A stretch of DNA of 64,000 bases, from positions 11,415,707-11,479,706 of the forward strand of contig NC_061789.1 of NCBI RefSeq assembly GCF_022458985.1. The letters run 5' to 3'. The position numbers and the translations under genes were made by a program. Within the stretch, counting starts at the first letter, position 1. The number at the start of each line of letters is the position of its first letter. Of this stretch, positions 38,950 through 54,189 are shown one piece after another. Source of the DNA: Mugil cephalus (Eukaryota). The notes under the pieces were generated by a model. It was not told the origin of the DNA, did not search any database, and worked only from the letters and a program-made list of their open reading frames with translations.

Positions 38950-39960
38950 ACTCCTGAACCCCTTCCTGTCTCCTACTGGTTTACTATAGTGTCCTACTGA
39001 TCTACTATAGTCTCCTTCCTGTCTCCTTCTGGTCTACTACAGTCTCCTTCTGGTCTACTATAGTCTCCTTCCTGTTTCCTAATGGTCTACTATAGTGTCC
39101 TACTGGTCTACTATAGTCTCCTTCCTGTCTCCTTCTGGTCTACTACAGTCTCCTTCTGGTCTCCTTCCTGTTTCCTTCTGGTCTACTATAGTCTCATTCC
39201 TGTCTCCTACAGGTCTACTATAGTCTCCTTCCTGTTTCCTAATGGTCTACTATAGTCTCCTTCTGGTCTACTATAGTCTCCTTCCTGTCTCCTTCTGGTC
39301 TACTACAGTCTCCTTCTGGTCTACTATAGTCTCCTTCCTGTTTCCTAATGGTCTACTATAGTGTCCTACTGGTCTACTATAGTCTCCTTCCTGTCTCCTT
39401 CTGGTCTACTACAGTCTCCTTCTGGTCTCCTTCCTGTTTCCTTCTGGTCTACTATAGTCTCATTCCTGTCTCCTACAGGTCTACTATAGTCTCCTTCCTG
39501 TTTCCTAATGGTCTACTATAGTCTCCTTCTGGTCTACTATAGTCTCCTTCCTGTCTCCTTCTGGTCTACTATAGTCTCCTTCTGGTCTACTACAGTCTCC
39601 TTCTGGTCTTCTAGTGGTCTACTACAGTCTCCTTCTGATATACTATAGTCTCCTTCCTGTCTCCTAGTGGTCTACTACAGTCTCCTTCCCGTCTACCATA
39701 GTCTCCTAGTGGTCTACTATAGTCTTCTTCCTGTCTCCTAGTGGTCTACTACAGTCTCCTTCTGGTCTACTTTAGTCACCTTCCTGTCTCCTAGTGGTCT
39801 AGTACAGTCTCCTTCTGGTCTACTTTAGTCACCTTCCTGTCTCCTATAGTGTCCTTCTTGTCCCGTAGTGGTCAACTTTAGTCTCCTTCTGGTCTACTAT
39901 AGTCTCCTTCCTCTCTTCTACTAGTCTACTATAGTCTCCTTCCTGTCTCCTAGTGGTCTC
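38950..39960. repeat. minisatellite with higher-order periodicity (DOC2 intron 4)
   Basis: It is about 1 kb of variants of tctactatagtctccttcctgtctccttctgg, with basic units of roughly 24-32 bp. A block of about 240 bp recurs: 39001-39240 is almost identical to 39241-39480. The + strand is pyrimidine-rich. Confidence 0.85.
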
Positions 39961-42738
39961 AATTTATTAGCCCAAAATCTGACAGAAAGAAAATCTGTCC
40001 TCACACTTGGACAGTGACTTCAGTTTTGCAAAAATGTCCCAGAGTCTGAGTTTTCTGTAACTTTAAGACTTTAAATGGGTCATTATATTTCTAAGTCGAA
40101 GCATTTCTAACAAACGCTGCGGTAAATATCTGTGCAACGTTCTTTAGTGATTGTGCTCGGGGTCACGCATAGTAGAAGATTCCTGTTCCACATCACCTCC
40201 CCGCCGCTGTCTCGCAATATAAATGTCACAGCGAAGATAATCCAGGCAGCCGTCTTTGTCTCCTGTCAAAACATGTTGGACAAAGTTAATTAGAAGAACA
40301 CACTGTAAACGTATGAGACAGGCTCACCTTGTGATGCGCTTCACTGCTCCCTCACACCCTTCCTGCCAACATTCAGCTTGCAGGCTCCTCGGGGATTTTA
40401 CTTTTCACTTGTCCTCAGCTTAAAACCAGACGCGAGAAAAATGCATTTTGTGCTTCATCCCGAGGGACCGTGTGTTTCCTTTTATCCTATCTTTGCGGGG
40501 ACCAGGCAGAGACGTTACAAGGAAAGAGGTTTTCGTAAAGTACGGATAGCACCTTCCAAAAGACGTCCTCAGTTTCTAAAACATGTTGTCGCTTTTCTAA
40601 ACATGTCCTTGCTTTCTGTTAATGTCTCCAGTTTCTTCTCACTTTCTTGAAACTGGTACATCTGCACATGAGAGTACAGTCCCATAACCAATCAGAGCAA
40701 CAGATTATGTGACTGGTTATTGACAAATTGATTTCAAGCTGTTTTGCCGTCAGTATCTTCATTCTCCAACAGCAGCAACTTTCTTGTAAACAAAATCAGC
40801 TCAGGTCTTTGCTGGAACACAATCAGTTCCCAACAGAGAGAATCCAGACCTAAAATCCCTCACTATTTTTGTGAGAGAAGGAACTTCAGGCTGGCTTTTC
40901 AGGGTAGAATATGTCCCGTCTTTAGTAAAAATACCTTCACTTTCCTCGTCTGTGAAGTCGCCGTTTGGATTAGAAGGTTACATCCTGGTCCGTGTTAGTT
41001 CAGAGACACATCACGGTTTGTTCAAATAGAAATTTCTTGCTTGCAGCTATGCAGGCTGCTGACCTTTCAACAGGATTTAACTCAGCGGCTGCAAATCTGA
41101 TTGCGATTCACTTCACAAATAATAGAAAACAGAAGTCACACTCACAGTGTTTTTCCCGTCCTGTGACTTTATTTGAGAGCGGACTGTTCATTCCTTCTCC
41201 CCCGGCCTTTCAGCGTTTCCACATTGTTTGAAAAAAGAAGCACCCGGTTCTGTTGTAATATGTCTGTCTCGGGCGAGGCTTCGCCGTTTGATCTGACGTG
41301 ATTTATTGAAAAGCAGCGAGGCTTTTTTTTTTTGTTTCATTTGGACTCGCTGTGTCTTTTGTTTTCTCGCTGTTCAAGCCGTCAAATCACATCAGGGAGA
41401 AGTGTTTGTTTTTTTTTTTTTTTTTTTTTTTCACCATATCAAAAAGAAAATCTAAAAGTTCATTCACTGATGTGAGCCGGAGGAGAAGTGTGTCGGGTGT
41501 CTTTGATCCAGTGTCCTGAACAAAACCTGACATTTTGCTGTATAACTGGCAGCCCCTGCAGTTTCATCCGGATCACACCGGTGACCTTTTCCACAGCAGT
41601 TGAGAGCTCATCAGTAGCATCAGCAGCAGGAAAAAGAGAAGGGTTTCCTCTCCACCACCTGCTGCCGCTCACAGAGTCGTAACGTGCGGCGCCTGAGTCA
41701 CAGTGGAATTCCCAAGGGAAGAGTCGTCCTCATTATCTCCCGTTGTTGAATTTGTTACAGTCAAACATGGAGCTCCGAGGGGGTCGGCTGGGTCCTCAGC
41801 GAGAGAGTGATGTACAGACAAGATAAAACAAGATAGAATGCTCCTCAAAAGAAAATTGAATATCACAATTTTCGCTCAGGAGGAGGAGATGAAGCCGGTT
41901 CTCAAAATATCTCAAAACTTAGTCAGTGTGCTTACATGCACGTGAAAAAAACTAATTATTGCCTTAGTTGGACTATAACAGGAGAACTTAAGTGCATGTA
42001 AACACGTTTCTCTCAGTTCTCATTATCCAATTCACCCAGATGATGCGATTGGAATTCAACTTTCTCCAGCATGTATACGTTGAACCGGACTTATTAATCG
42101 GATAATGCGTGTGCGCATGCTCCAAAACCGCTGCTCTGACGTGTGACCCTGGAACAAAAACATCCAAGAAACCGGTCGCAGAAGAAGAAGAAGGTGAACA
42201 GAGCCATTAGAAGAACCATCTGAGGGATAGCGCACATCTTATCTGCACGAGAAGTAACACAAACGTTACGTACGAGATTTAAAAATGTACTATTATCCGT
42301 CTGGTTGTTGTTTGAATGCCGGTCTGCCGCATGAACGATTCTTGTTTATTATATAACATTATAGTTCAACCGGAAAATGGGCCGCATTAACGTGGTACTA
42401 ACTAAGACACATATCGCCACCTAGTGTGCAGGAGGAGGACATGTTCCAGTCAGTTTTACGATTTTCTCCGTTTCATGTAAACACGGGATAAGGACTGTAG
42501 TCAGAAAGTCGAATTTTGTGCATAGCTTGATTAAGCTGTACATGTAAATGCACTGACTGATGAGAAAACAGCCTGTAAACACTTTTCTGCCTGAAAAAAA
42601 CACATGTAGATTTTTTTTTTATCCAAACTTATCTTTGAGAAGTAGATCAATAAAAAATAAAACAATGTTGTGTTTATATTGAGAATTTAATGAGGTATAC
42701 TTAATCAGCATCATCCGGTTTCCTTCCCTGTCCCCTGA

Positions 42739-43200
<462 letters not shown>

Positions 43201-43390
43201 CTCCTTCAGTCTTATTTGTTACAACAACTGTCGAACAACAGAAAATAATTGGATTTCCTCCACACTTCAAAATCTCTCAACTTTTAAGGGGACTTTGTCG
43301 TCTGCTTTCGTCGGCAGACATGTTGACAACTGGACAAATCCTCCTCGCTGCGACTCTTACTGTTTAATCTGTAATTATTTTTTTCTTCAG

Positions 43391-43450
43391 CTCCCGTCTC
43401 CTACCGCCATGGGTGAAGCCCTCCGAGGAATTTCCTGCTACTTACGAGAG
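43391..43450 (+). CDS. doc2b: DOC2 coding exon 6 (inter-C2 linker: LPSPTAMGEALRGISCYLRE)
   Basis: The acceptor is tttttcttcag with AG at 43389-43390. The exon is 60 nt with donor GAG|GTAAAA at 43450/43451. It matches the DOC2 linker (S.MS.ALRGISCYLKE). Confidence 0.85.
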
Positions 43451-46400
43451 GTAAAAGTCTGTCTTTCCCCTGATCTTTCTGACAATCTTCCATCTGAAGT
43501 AACTAATTAATTATGGCAGATGTCTGAGGAGTGAGATGTTAAGATTCAGCTGTTGTGTCTGTTGTGAAACATACTGGGAGAGAATTAACTTTAAAAGATG
43601 GTCAGTCAACAGCAACTAAGGCATACGCCACCTATATCATTGCTCTTATTGGTGGGTTACCAGACTCAAATCCCGGTAAAAACTTATAAGAATTGGTTGT
43701 TTCCAGTTGGTTGATATGTTTTTTAAGCAGTGTGTGAGAGATGCATCCAATCTTTCATAACATTTAAAATTTCTTGCCATTTTATCAGATGATGAGTCTG
43801 GCCACGGCAGGCTAGTGATGCGCTGACACAGTGTCACCAAGATCAGCAGGTTTCTTCCTCATGAGAGTGATGTCGAGTTATCGAGTTTTTTTTTCTTGAA
43901 TCTGTGACATCTAATAAGAGAAATCAGACCCGGAGTTATTCGAGGCGATATGAGCTGCCGACGTTCGAGAGGCTTATGTGAATTTATTTAAATCTATTTG
44001 GTCACACAGCGTAACGAGGACTGTTGCTATGGTAAATAAGTCTCCACCCATGTGAGTGAATGAATGAATGAATAAAAGATAATCACTTCCTCATTACACC
44101 GAGCCTGAATTGGACATGAGTCAAAGAAGTCGAATGAATTGTATTTATATATTTTAATACTTTTATAATATTTTACTCATTTTGTTAGTTCTAACAAAGT
44201 CTTTTCATTTCTGTTTAAGTCGTGAAACCCGTGACTCAATGGGCTGCTCGCTGAATTTCAGACCTCTTTGTTAATTAGAATCTAGAAACCAAGATGAAAC
44301 ACAATCTGTTGTTGAAGAGGGAGGATGAGAGCAGTTTTAAAGGGTATTTGATGACAAGTGGCTCTTCTGATTCTCCTTCTGCCTCATCGAACGCTCACAG
44401 AGGCTCCACACGATGAGCCCTGTTTAAACTTTCACTCGAGACTCGTTCCATTAGATTTCCCGCAAAACATTAATGAATGATAAGCACCAGAGTTCAGCAT
44501 GAATCAGATTTGAGACAAACGCTCAGAGTTTTAAATTCAATAAAAGAAAATACAACCGAGGATCAGATTGTTAAGTGAATCTACTGTGCAGGATTGTTTT
44601 AACAAAACTAATTACGCTCTCACATTCTAACCAAAACATGGTCACAGCAACACGAATGCTGCTGAATCCGTCAGGACAGAATGTGTCAAAATGTAAATGA
44701 ATCCCTGAAGCTTCACCTGAAACAACATCATTAGCGGCTCCATAACTGTGATGAACAACTCTGGACTGTGGATCAGAGACAATTTGGAGAATTCAATAAG
44801 TCTAATCAGAATTTAAATTGACTAGAAGCTTTGAAAAATTACACCAAGCTGTGATTAAATAACATTTAGCTGGATATCCCTGAAATGTTCCCTGAAAAGC
44901 CCTCCACTCTGAACAAGCATCATATACCCCTCTGTGTTATAGCTGAATATGTCTTGAGCAATTTCTTGTAGTATATTTGTACATTCATGACAAATAAAGC
45001 TTACTTTGTTTCTTTTTTTCAGTTGATTTAGTTTAAATATGTTTAAATAGTTTGTGGCTTGATTTACAATTTTACAAAAATGTTTGCTGAGGCATCCATC
45101 CACCCCAAACATCTCCTCACTGCACCAGCTCTGTAACTCCTTAATCTGATTTCCCTGATTATGGCTGCAACTACCCCAAGACAGATATGCCACTTGAATC
45201 TAATCATGAAGTCGTAACAAATCACTTGCTGTGTTTCCATTACCACTGGAAATAAGCAAAACCTAAATATCGCAATACGTAAAAGCGTAATCATACTTAA
45301 GTGAATTTTCAGCAATATCGCTTTTATTTTGTAAAAAACTGTAATGAGGAGTCTGTGGGGACATTTTATCCTCCTGAGACCCCGCGTCCTCGTATGGGGA
45401 CATTAAGTTTTATTGCTGCTTATTTTGCTTCATTTAAACCTGTTGTCCTCGTTAGTGGACACTTTAGTCTGCCATCTAGTGGTAGCAAAGAGTCAACACA
45501 CTAGTCGGTAAAAACATGATAGTGGATTCATTCTATAGACGATCACAGGAGAAAAGTGGATGAGGAACAAAACTTATTTATGTTTATTAATGTTTCTAGT
45601 TTGACACGCAAATTTAACACACAAATTTAACAAATTTTATCGATAGTAACAAGCTACAACCTCGCTAATTAGCAAGAAATCGTTTGAAAACATTGGGACT
45701 TAATTATTCGCAATTCTGTTTTTTCTCAGCCATGTATAGGTATAAAAATAAACAGTTTTTTATTTTGTCACACATTGGTGACTTTATTATAATATAAATA
45801 ATGAAATAATCCCAGTGTCCACCTATGGGGACATTGTTTTCAAAAACAAGTACTTCCTGTTGAAGGTTGATGCTTAATTTGTATTCGTCTTAGGTCCTAC
45901 TGATCCCAAATACCTTGGAGAAATTAAAAATGCATGCACACAAAGATCTCAGGAGGTTAATGATGGACAGTCCTGTAACGTTCGTTAAGATTTTGTCCTC
46001 ACATGTGAGTGCTGTCTTAATATTTACTACTCAGCTGTAAGTGGAGTTCACTTTCCTTCTTCTGAAACATTTTAAACAGTTAAAATCCGGCATCGTGTAC
46101 AGTAGTTTTCTTCTTCTCTGCTTATTTTTGTGTAAACTGTGTAGTAAAAGAGATGCGACACACATATAAAAAAACAGTGAGTCAGAAATACACCAAAGTG
46201 TTTGTTTGTCACAGGATGAAATCTGAACGTCCAGTCTGACTCAGTGAAACAATGGGTTCATTAGTTCGTTTCACACAGTGCGACCGGACTGAAGGCACGC
46301 TGTTAGTGCTCAGCGTGAACATGAGTCAGGTTTAAACCTCGAACTTCCTGCTGGGATCGGCAGTGCTGAGACTCTGCAGCAGCTTCAGGACAATGGGGAC

Positions 46401-48399
46401 AATCATTAATTAGTTTGTTCCTAGGGACAGAGGACGATAACAGACTAAATGGCTGTTATGATCCAGAGACTAGTCGAGATTTTGTCAAATCTGGTGATTT
46501 CATAACTTCCTCTTCTTGTCATTAAACCCCTTATTTCAAGTGTTTCATCAGAAACTGCAAATTCTTACAGCAATAGTTACAGCGCCCTGACGCTTTCAAT
46601 AAGAAAAATGAATACAATAAAAAATCCATTAAGACAAGTTCAACATCCTAACGACGACCTGAAACGGACCATTAGAGACTTCAGCTTTAACTGCAGGAGA
46701 CAAATGAGCCTTTAGTAAAAAAACAAAGCATATACTGTAACTCAGAATATAGGACACCAAACGTGTAAGTCTACCAAAACATGGCTGTGGTGTTTCAAGA
46801 AATAATGTTAATATTATTATTTAGACTGAATCCCAGATAAAATTATATATATATATAATTGTTTCAGCATGTTTTATATTCTCAAACATCTGTCATGTTT
46901 TTTTTCCACGTGGAGACAATAAGACTTCCAGCTGATGAGCAAAGTCTGAAGTGGAAACATGATGATGACACAGTAATCCTGAAAAATTAGATGAAGATCT
47001 GCTGCCTCAATGAGAGATAACTCATCTGAAGAGCTGTGAGTAACAGCTGGAGTAGAAAGACTCTCAATCAGTTTAAACCTCCGAGGAGCTGAGATGTTCG
47101 CCAACAGGCTGCTTTTTTTAAGTCTCAAACAGTCATATCTCACAGGTCATGTCACTGAGCTTCATCCACACTTTACTTTAAAGATCCTTCAACTTCAAAA
47201 GAGTCTTTCTGTCTGGATTACATTTTTTTTTTTAGTCAAAAACCAACGTGAATCTCTCCACATAGAGAGCAGAGCAGCAGATTTTCTTGTTAAAAACCCC
47301 GACCACCTCTGACGGTTTCATCTGCATCACACGTCATACATAAAAACTGTGATCACAGCTCCTTCCAGCATCCTCACAGACCTGCCTGGAGGATTTAAGG
47401 ACCTTGAAGAGCCCCACAGGAGGTCAAACTGAGGCTGTGACGACGGTTTCAGGAAGGAGTCGGTGAAAAGGAAAGAAGAGTCTCTGGATCATTTGTTTCT
47501 GCCGCCATTTGGAAAAGTAATCAGAGATGTCTGTTGGGTCCGAGAGGAGTAAATGCGACCGCAAACTTTCAGCTGAAGAAGAGTGGGGGTTGAAAAGGTC
47601 TCAGGTAAATTGGGTCATAAAATATGAATCAGCGCTGGGGGCCGAGAACGGCCGCCTGTCAGGTTTCATTGAGAGCAGCATTTCCTTTTGATGACAACAC
47701 CTCTGCAGATGAAGATGAACCTGAAGGTGATGAGGAGGAGGAGCCGTTCGTCAATCAGCTCATTTAAATGCAAAACAAGACGCCGCTGCTGTTAACACAA
47801 AGATTAGCCGTCTGCGAAGCCGGAGCATCTCACGAACTCTCCTGGAAAACGTCGGAGACACGACTTCAAGAAGCTCATTGAGGCTTTAAAGACGTTTGTC
47901 TAGAATCGGCCTCTACAAATGAAACATATTTATACTTGTTACTGCCAACGCTTTAAAAATGTTAGTATGAAGCTGAGTGGATTATTTATTGGTTGAGAGA
48001 ACATCCTCGGTATGTGTGTCTATTTTCAGAGGCTCATTTTTAGTCTCCTCATAGATGCTTCCTGTCATCTCTCCTCTCCATGTGGGCAGATAATAGTGGC
48101 AGAGTGGACTGAAACCTATTATCTGAATTAGTCCTCATTATACGCTCGCTAACTGGGATCATTTCCAGTGAATTAAACTGCCATGAGATGAAACTAGTTC
48201 TCATTTTTATGGACGCCCCCTGGCCCTCTCAAAGAGAGACTCCGAACCGCAGGTTAGAAAGTGACACTCGGCGAGCCTCGGGACGAGGCTGCACATCCCG
48301 TTATCAGTCTGTCACTTCCCGTTAGCAAGATGCAGCTTGACTCGTCTGCAGGGACAGATTAATGTGTTTATTTCTGACCCTGGGAGGATTTGCAACTTG

Positions 48400-48700
48400 C
48401 TTAAGAACTGTCCCTTATTCTCTCGTTAAACTTCAAACTAAATCTAACGGACAGGGTGTTGGCTTGGCCGCCAAATTCACTAGATCCCAAACTGATCAAG
48501 TGGGATGATCCACAGAGGCCCCTCCCCCTCAACCCACTGGACCCAAAGGCCCCCATTAACGAGACACCACAGGACACCCTCAGAAGACCCATGTCCATTC
48601 TCTGACGAGTCAACAACTGTTTTGGAGGCACAAGGGAGACCTATGCAATATTAGCAAGGTGGTCGTGATCTTATGCCTCATTGGTGTGTAACAGTGGGAG
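48400..48700 (+). mobile_element. Tc1-like transposase C-terminal fragment with internal insertion
   Basis: It shows nucleotide similarity to 10250-10400 (ggcc.c.aaattcacta.atcccaaactgat.aag ... tccattctctga.ga...a.aac.gttttgg.ggcaca.g.gagaccta), split by an inserted block of about 95 bp. Confidence 0.55.
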
Positions 48701-49239
48701 GAGTTACTTCCCCAGCATCATTTACAACAATGAATTCATTCGACAAAAGAAGATGATCAAGGTCGATGTTACAGCCCATGTGGATTCTAGCTCCATGCAC
48801 ATGGTTGTTTTTCCTATTTCCATGTTTCCTTCATCGGTTTGCCTCATGTGTCAGGGCAAATATGCCCAGAAAGAATCTTTTCCATCCCAACTAGAGAGAA
48901 ACAACCAGATCAAGTGTTTACACGGTTATTGTGAGCATTCACACCACCCCCCTGACTCCGAAAATTCCTTCTGTTCAGCTCAGTCTGTTCTGGTTGAGGT
49001 GGTTACATGAGGTATTTCTGATCATTAGTGGAGTACTAGGGTCCATGTAAAAGGGTTTAGGCTACTAAAGAAACATACTTAGTGTTGCTATTGGTTCGTT
49101 TAATTAAAGCAGAAGATTTTGTGGGAAAAGCCTCTGAAGGACAACAAAGTGGAAACATGCTCTTTTTGTCATTTGTTGAGTTCATGCCATCCACGGAGAA
49201 AGTGCTATTTCACATCCGGCTGCGCTCAGATCGGCCTGT

Positions 49240-49500
49240 GCGCACACACACACACACACACGGAAACATGTTTGTGAGGACACCCATTGGCATAATGCAT
49301 TCCCTAGCCCCATCCCCTAGCCCTAATGCCTAACCCTAACCTTCCCCCTAATATAAATGTAATCTTTACCCAAAACTAAAACTGGGTTTTAACCCTCAAT
49401 CAGACTCGTAAAGAAGAAGGGGCCAAAACGTCCTAACTTTCCACAAACCTGCACTGGTCCTCGGAAAGATAGCTGTACAAGAACACACACGCGGTAGGTA
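49240..49500 (+). repeat. SINE-like dispersed repeat with CCCTAA hexamers, copy 2 (DOC2 intron 6)
   Basis: It has the same architecture as the copy at 42880-43200, including (CA)8 at 49245-49262. Confidence 0.6.
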
Positions 49501-50198
49501 CAGGCTGAAGGTGAGTCATTAAGCAAAGCTCCTGTCTGACACTGCGACAAGGTCAATTGGCTGAAAACAGCCACAATAAAACATCTCCCGCCTCGGCCTT
49601 TTGTCAAAACACCTGTACAACAGCTGAGGTGAGGGCAGGCAGCTAATGGGCTCACACAGGATTCAAAAAAACAACAAGGGGCTTAGCGGCGGGTGCATCA
49701 CACACGTCGCACAAATCCGGACTAATCTTTGTAAGTGTCGAAGCCTGGCTTCCTTCAAACGAGTGACAGGGTGAGGCGAGGTGGCAAGTTTTCTTGAGAA
49801 GTCCAGCAAAAGCAGGAATTCGGGATGAATTCAGGTTAAATTGCTGCCGACCAGATCTGAAAACAAGGCGGCAGTTGCCGTGTTTCCATGGACACTAGTA
49901 CCACACTAATAATCTCAATAAAAAATGTCTCATATAAACTCCTCAAACAGAACAGACTGGTCTGATGAGAAATTTTCAATCAGACTGTGACCACGTAAAC
50001 ACTTGTTCTGATGGTTTCCCTTGTTTGGGGGAAAAGCAGACGTGATTCTCCGCAGTGTTGCCAATAAAGTTTTAGTGTGTGGCATGGAAACACATACGTC
50101 TTATCCAAACATTTGTTTATTTCGCATCCACGTGAACGGATGAGTTGGAATCTCAAATCAGAGTCACTGATGAGGTGAACGTAATTATTTAAATCAAC

Positions 50199-50930
50199 GT
50201 CTTCAGTGTTTTTCAGGCCAAGGACCCCAATTGATGGAGAGATTAATTAGGGACCCCCTACCTACTATAATAGTAGGGTGGCTGTGCAACTGCCGTAAAC
50301 ATAAACATACCTGACAAAAATATATTTACAGACAAACAAAACAAAGCGATCCATTTTGGCCTCAGAGCGAACTGCGCTGTTAGCTTCTCTTCCGCTAATG
50401 TTGCTGGGTACTTCTGGATTTTACATGGGGACGTAATAGGCCAATTGCAGGGAACTTGACAGAGACAGCGTGTAATATTTGTCCTTGTGATTGGCTCAGC
50501 AGCGATAGGGGCGGGGCCTACTGTGTAAAGGAAGCTTTGATTGACAGGTCTTGTGTGGGGCTCTGAGTTAAGCATTTATCCCTTCACTAAAATATGTTGG
50601 ATTGATGTTGATATGTTTTTAAAGAAATTTAAATAGTTGCATGTCCCATAATTTCTTACCTACTGTTGGCTAGGCTAGTTAGCTGGTGTCTTATTGTTGG
50701 TTGCTAGTTGGTAGCTGACTGCTAACCTGCTGGTTGGCTTTTCAGTTGGACTAAGCTTCTAAATGTGTTTTGCCTCGGATCATGGCACAAGGGATTGTAA
50801 CATCTTATCCTGTGTATTTATGAATTTTAAAAAAAATTATATAAAAATATCTAATCAAAGATTTTGCGACCCCCCCCCTGCTGTACCTCCACGGATCCCC
50901 TAGGAGTCGTGGACCCCCTGTTGAAGACCT
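50199..50930 (-). mobile_element. MITE family 2, copy C (in DOC2 intron 6), carrying an extra ~180-bp internal segment
   Basis: The termini are gtcttcagtgtttttcaggccaaggacccc at 50199 and ccctgttgaagacct at 50916-50930. The core tgtgattggctcagcagcgataggggcggggcctactgtgtaaagg is at 50488-50533. Confidence 0.7.
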
Positions 50931-52379
50931 ACGATTTGAACATTAATTCAGGTTGTGAAAAACATAAATACATTCGATTTGACCAAACGCTGGCTGTTTA
51001 AAGAGGAAACAAACAGGAGCCTTTTACATTTCTGTCAGTTTTCTGCCTTCTGTAAAATCATCAAACGTCAGTAGAAAGATGTGTCACTCCACTGTCAGCA
51101 GACGCTCACACGAAAACGAACTGATGACATTTCGTCCGCCGGAGAGACACCGAAGATTGAAGATCTTCTGACTCTGTAAATGTTGCAGAGCAGAAATCTC
51201 ATTCAGCGCAGGGTTCATCTGCAAAGTGCGTCTCCCACCAATTGGATGTGGGTGGAGAGAAATCCTGCCAAGCTGCACCGACTCCCGCTAAAAGCCATCG
51301 ATCTGCTTATTATCTGACCTTTATTTTCTTTTTATAGACGCTGCTTTTTTTTTCGCGTGTGACGAAGCTGGAGCCGAATAACAACTTGAAATTCTAGGAA
51401 GCATTTCGTACAAATTGCTCGAAGTAACGCTTTAAAGTTCAAACTGGTATCTGAACTGAAGCATCTGTTTGGTTTCTTTTTTGAGGCTCAGGGAAAAGTC
51501 GGCGTGTGGAGGAGGATGAACAGGTGATGATCAGATTATCTGTAACGGAGACTGCTGCGTGAGGAGACTTCACCCAGGGAGAAAGGGGGAAAACGAGAGA
51601 ATCGGCGAGAGAAAGATGGAGGATTAGACTATCGATCTTCTCACTCTCTCCTGATCACAGTCGTGAAATCGAATGCCGCTGCTTAAATGGGCTTCGGTGA
51701 GCAGCAGCGTGGGTGTCGTCTTCGTGGGAATTTCTGGTGGATTAAGTTAAATTATCAATCCGCTGAAAGTGGAATGAAATGTGAACTCAAAACGATTTAA
51801 CTCCCAAAACCTAAAAGCAGACATAATCCATTATGCGGCTAAGTCAGACTGTCAGTTCAAACAGAGGTCTTATGTCACATTTACAGACAGTGTGAGAGAA
51901 TATGGAGACAAACAGCTGAGAGGATGAGCATGGATAGACTCGCTCAGAGCAGTCAGCGTGAGGCGACTGACCACTGACGTTCATGAGCGTCCTCACCTGT
52001 GGGAGCTGGTCCGACAGTTTGGGATGTTTCCAGGTTAAAGTGCCCGAAGAGAAACTGGCATCATCAGCGGCGAAAACAACGGAGGAGGTCGAGTCCTGCA
52101 GAGGGACAAAATAAAACATTTAACCCGGCGCTGTTTCGTGATTTGAATTTTTGCCACTTACATTCTGCCTCGAAAACAAAGACTAGTCACATTTAACACG
52201 TTTACCAGCTAAATAATATACTGGAAATGATTTAAAGGGCTAAATATAATAATATTTACCATAATGGTTATTGTAAAACCCCTCTTCCGTCATGAAACGC
52301 CTTCTCCATTAAGGTTCACGTCTTTCTTTTGACAGGATTTAAAGTCACATTCACACTTTCTCTACTCGATAGACCATCT

Positions 52380-53144
<765 letters not shown>

Positions 53145-54189
53145 TAAGAGCTCTGGCACGCGGTCACAAAACACGTTTTTTTCAGTTTCACGGGGCCAAA
53201 ATACATATAATTTGTAAGAGAATTAAAATTTCTCAAATCCAAGTCGGTGTAATTTGAAGATAATCGAATGTTTTAATAGTTAATTTAGCTACTTCATTTT
53301 CTTTGAATAACAAAATTACTTTGTATTAGTAAAGACATTATTTTTGGGGTTTTTCTCTGAGCAGGCGTCAGTAATTATTACATTGGCTCAGCATTTTGTT
53401 ACCAAAAGATAATAAGCTCATCAAGTAATCCTCTGCTGTTCAAAGGGAAATTTTATGACTGGGGCTGGAAGACATGTTTGCTAAAAATGGTCACTAAGGA
53501 AGTCGACTAAATCCCACTAAACTCTACATCCATGAGACAATCGAAGCTGGAGCTTTGCCACCGCCCTAACTGTGCTAATGATTCTGTTATTGTTAAAGAA
53601 AAAGGACCATCTGTTCCCCAGCAGGACGGAGGGAGAAAACAGTTCAAGCAGGGATTTCAGTCTACTCTTAGCTTTTGTCTCCTCGCACCCGAGGGATGTT
53701 CGCTCTGAAGAGGAGGACAGATTTTTAAATTTTTTATTTTTTTTTTCTCCCCTGTTGCACGTGGTCTGAATACAAACTGAGCCGCTGCAGCCGCAACGAG
53801 AAGGCAACTCGCAGCTGAGGGGTCGGTCAAACGCGCAGAGATCGAAACCCGTTTTAGAAATGAATGAGGAATATCAGAATGCTGTGTCCTGGCTCACTTT
53901 CAGCCAATACTCGGTCTGATAAAGGCTCAATATTCCAGCCAGTGTCGAGCAGCTGTTCCCCTCTGATCAGCCTTCGTCGCCAGTTTTTAATTCAGCTACA
54001 CACAAAACTAGTATGTCATTAGTCTTTTGGTGCTTGAATTTTTACAAAACATATTTATGCAAATATTCCAAAAGCAAATCTGAGAGGCCACTGAGGTTCT
54101 TTGTACTTTTCAGTAAAGTTAAACGAAAAAACACAGCACTTGGGCGTCACGTCAGAATGTCTCGTCACGTCTCGATTGTAGCAGCTGAA

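Noticed and set aside
38950-39960. I checked whether this repeat array could be a CRISPR array.
   Set aside because: The units are all variants of one motif with no unique spacers alternating with fixed repeats. The context is a vertebrate intron, so it is a minisatellite.
41920-42610. I considered a repeat family sharing catgtaaacac / gtttacatg motifs, also seen at 16200-16330 and 63780-63900.
   Set aside because: The motif recurrence is real, but the alignments are too short and patchy for me to define an element or its ends by eye. I flag it as unresolved rather than calling a feature.
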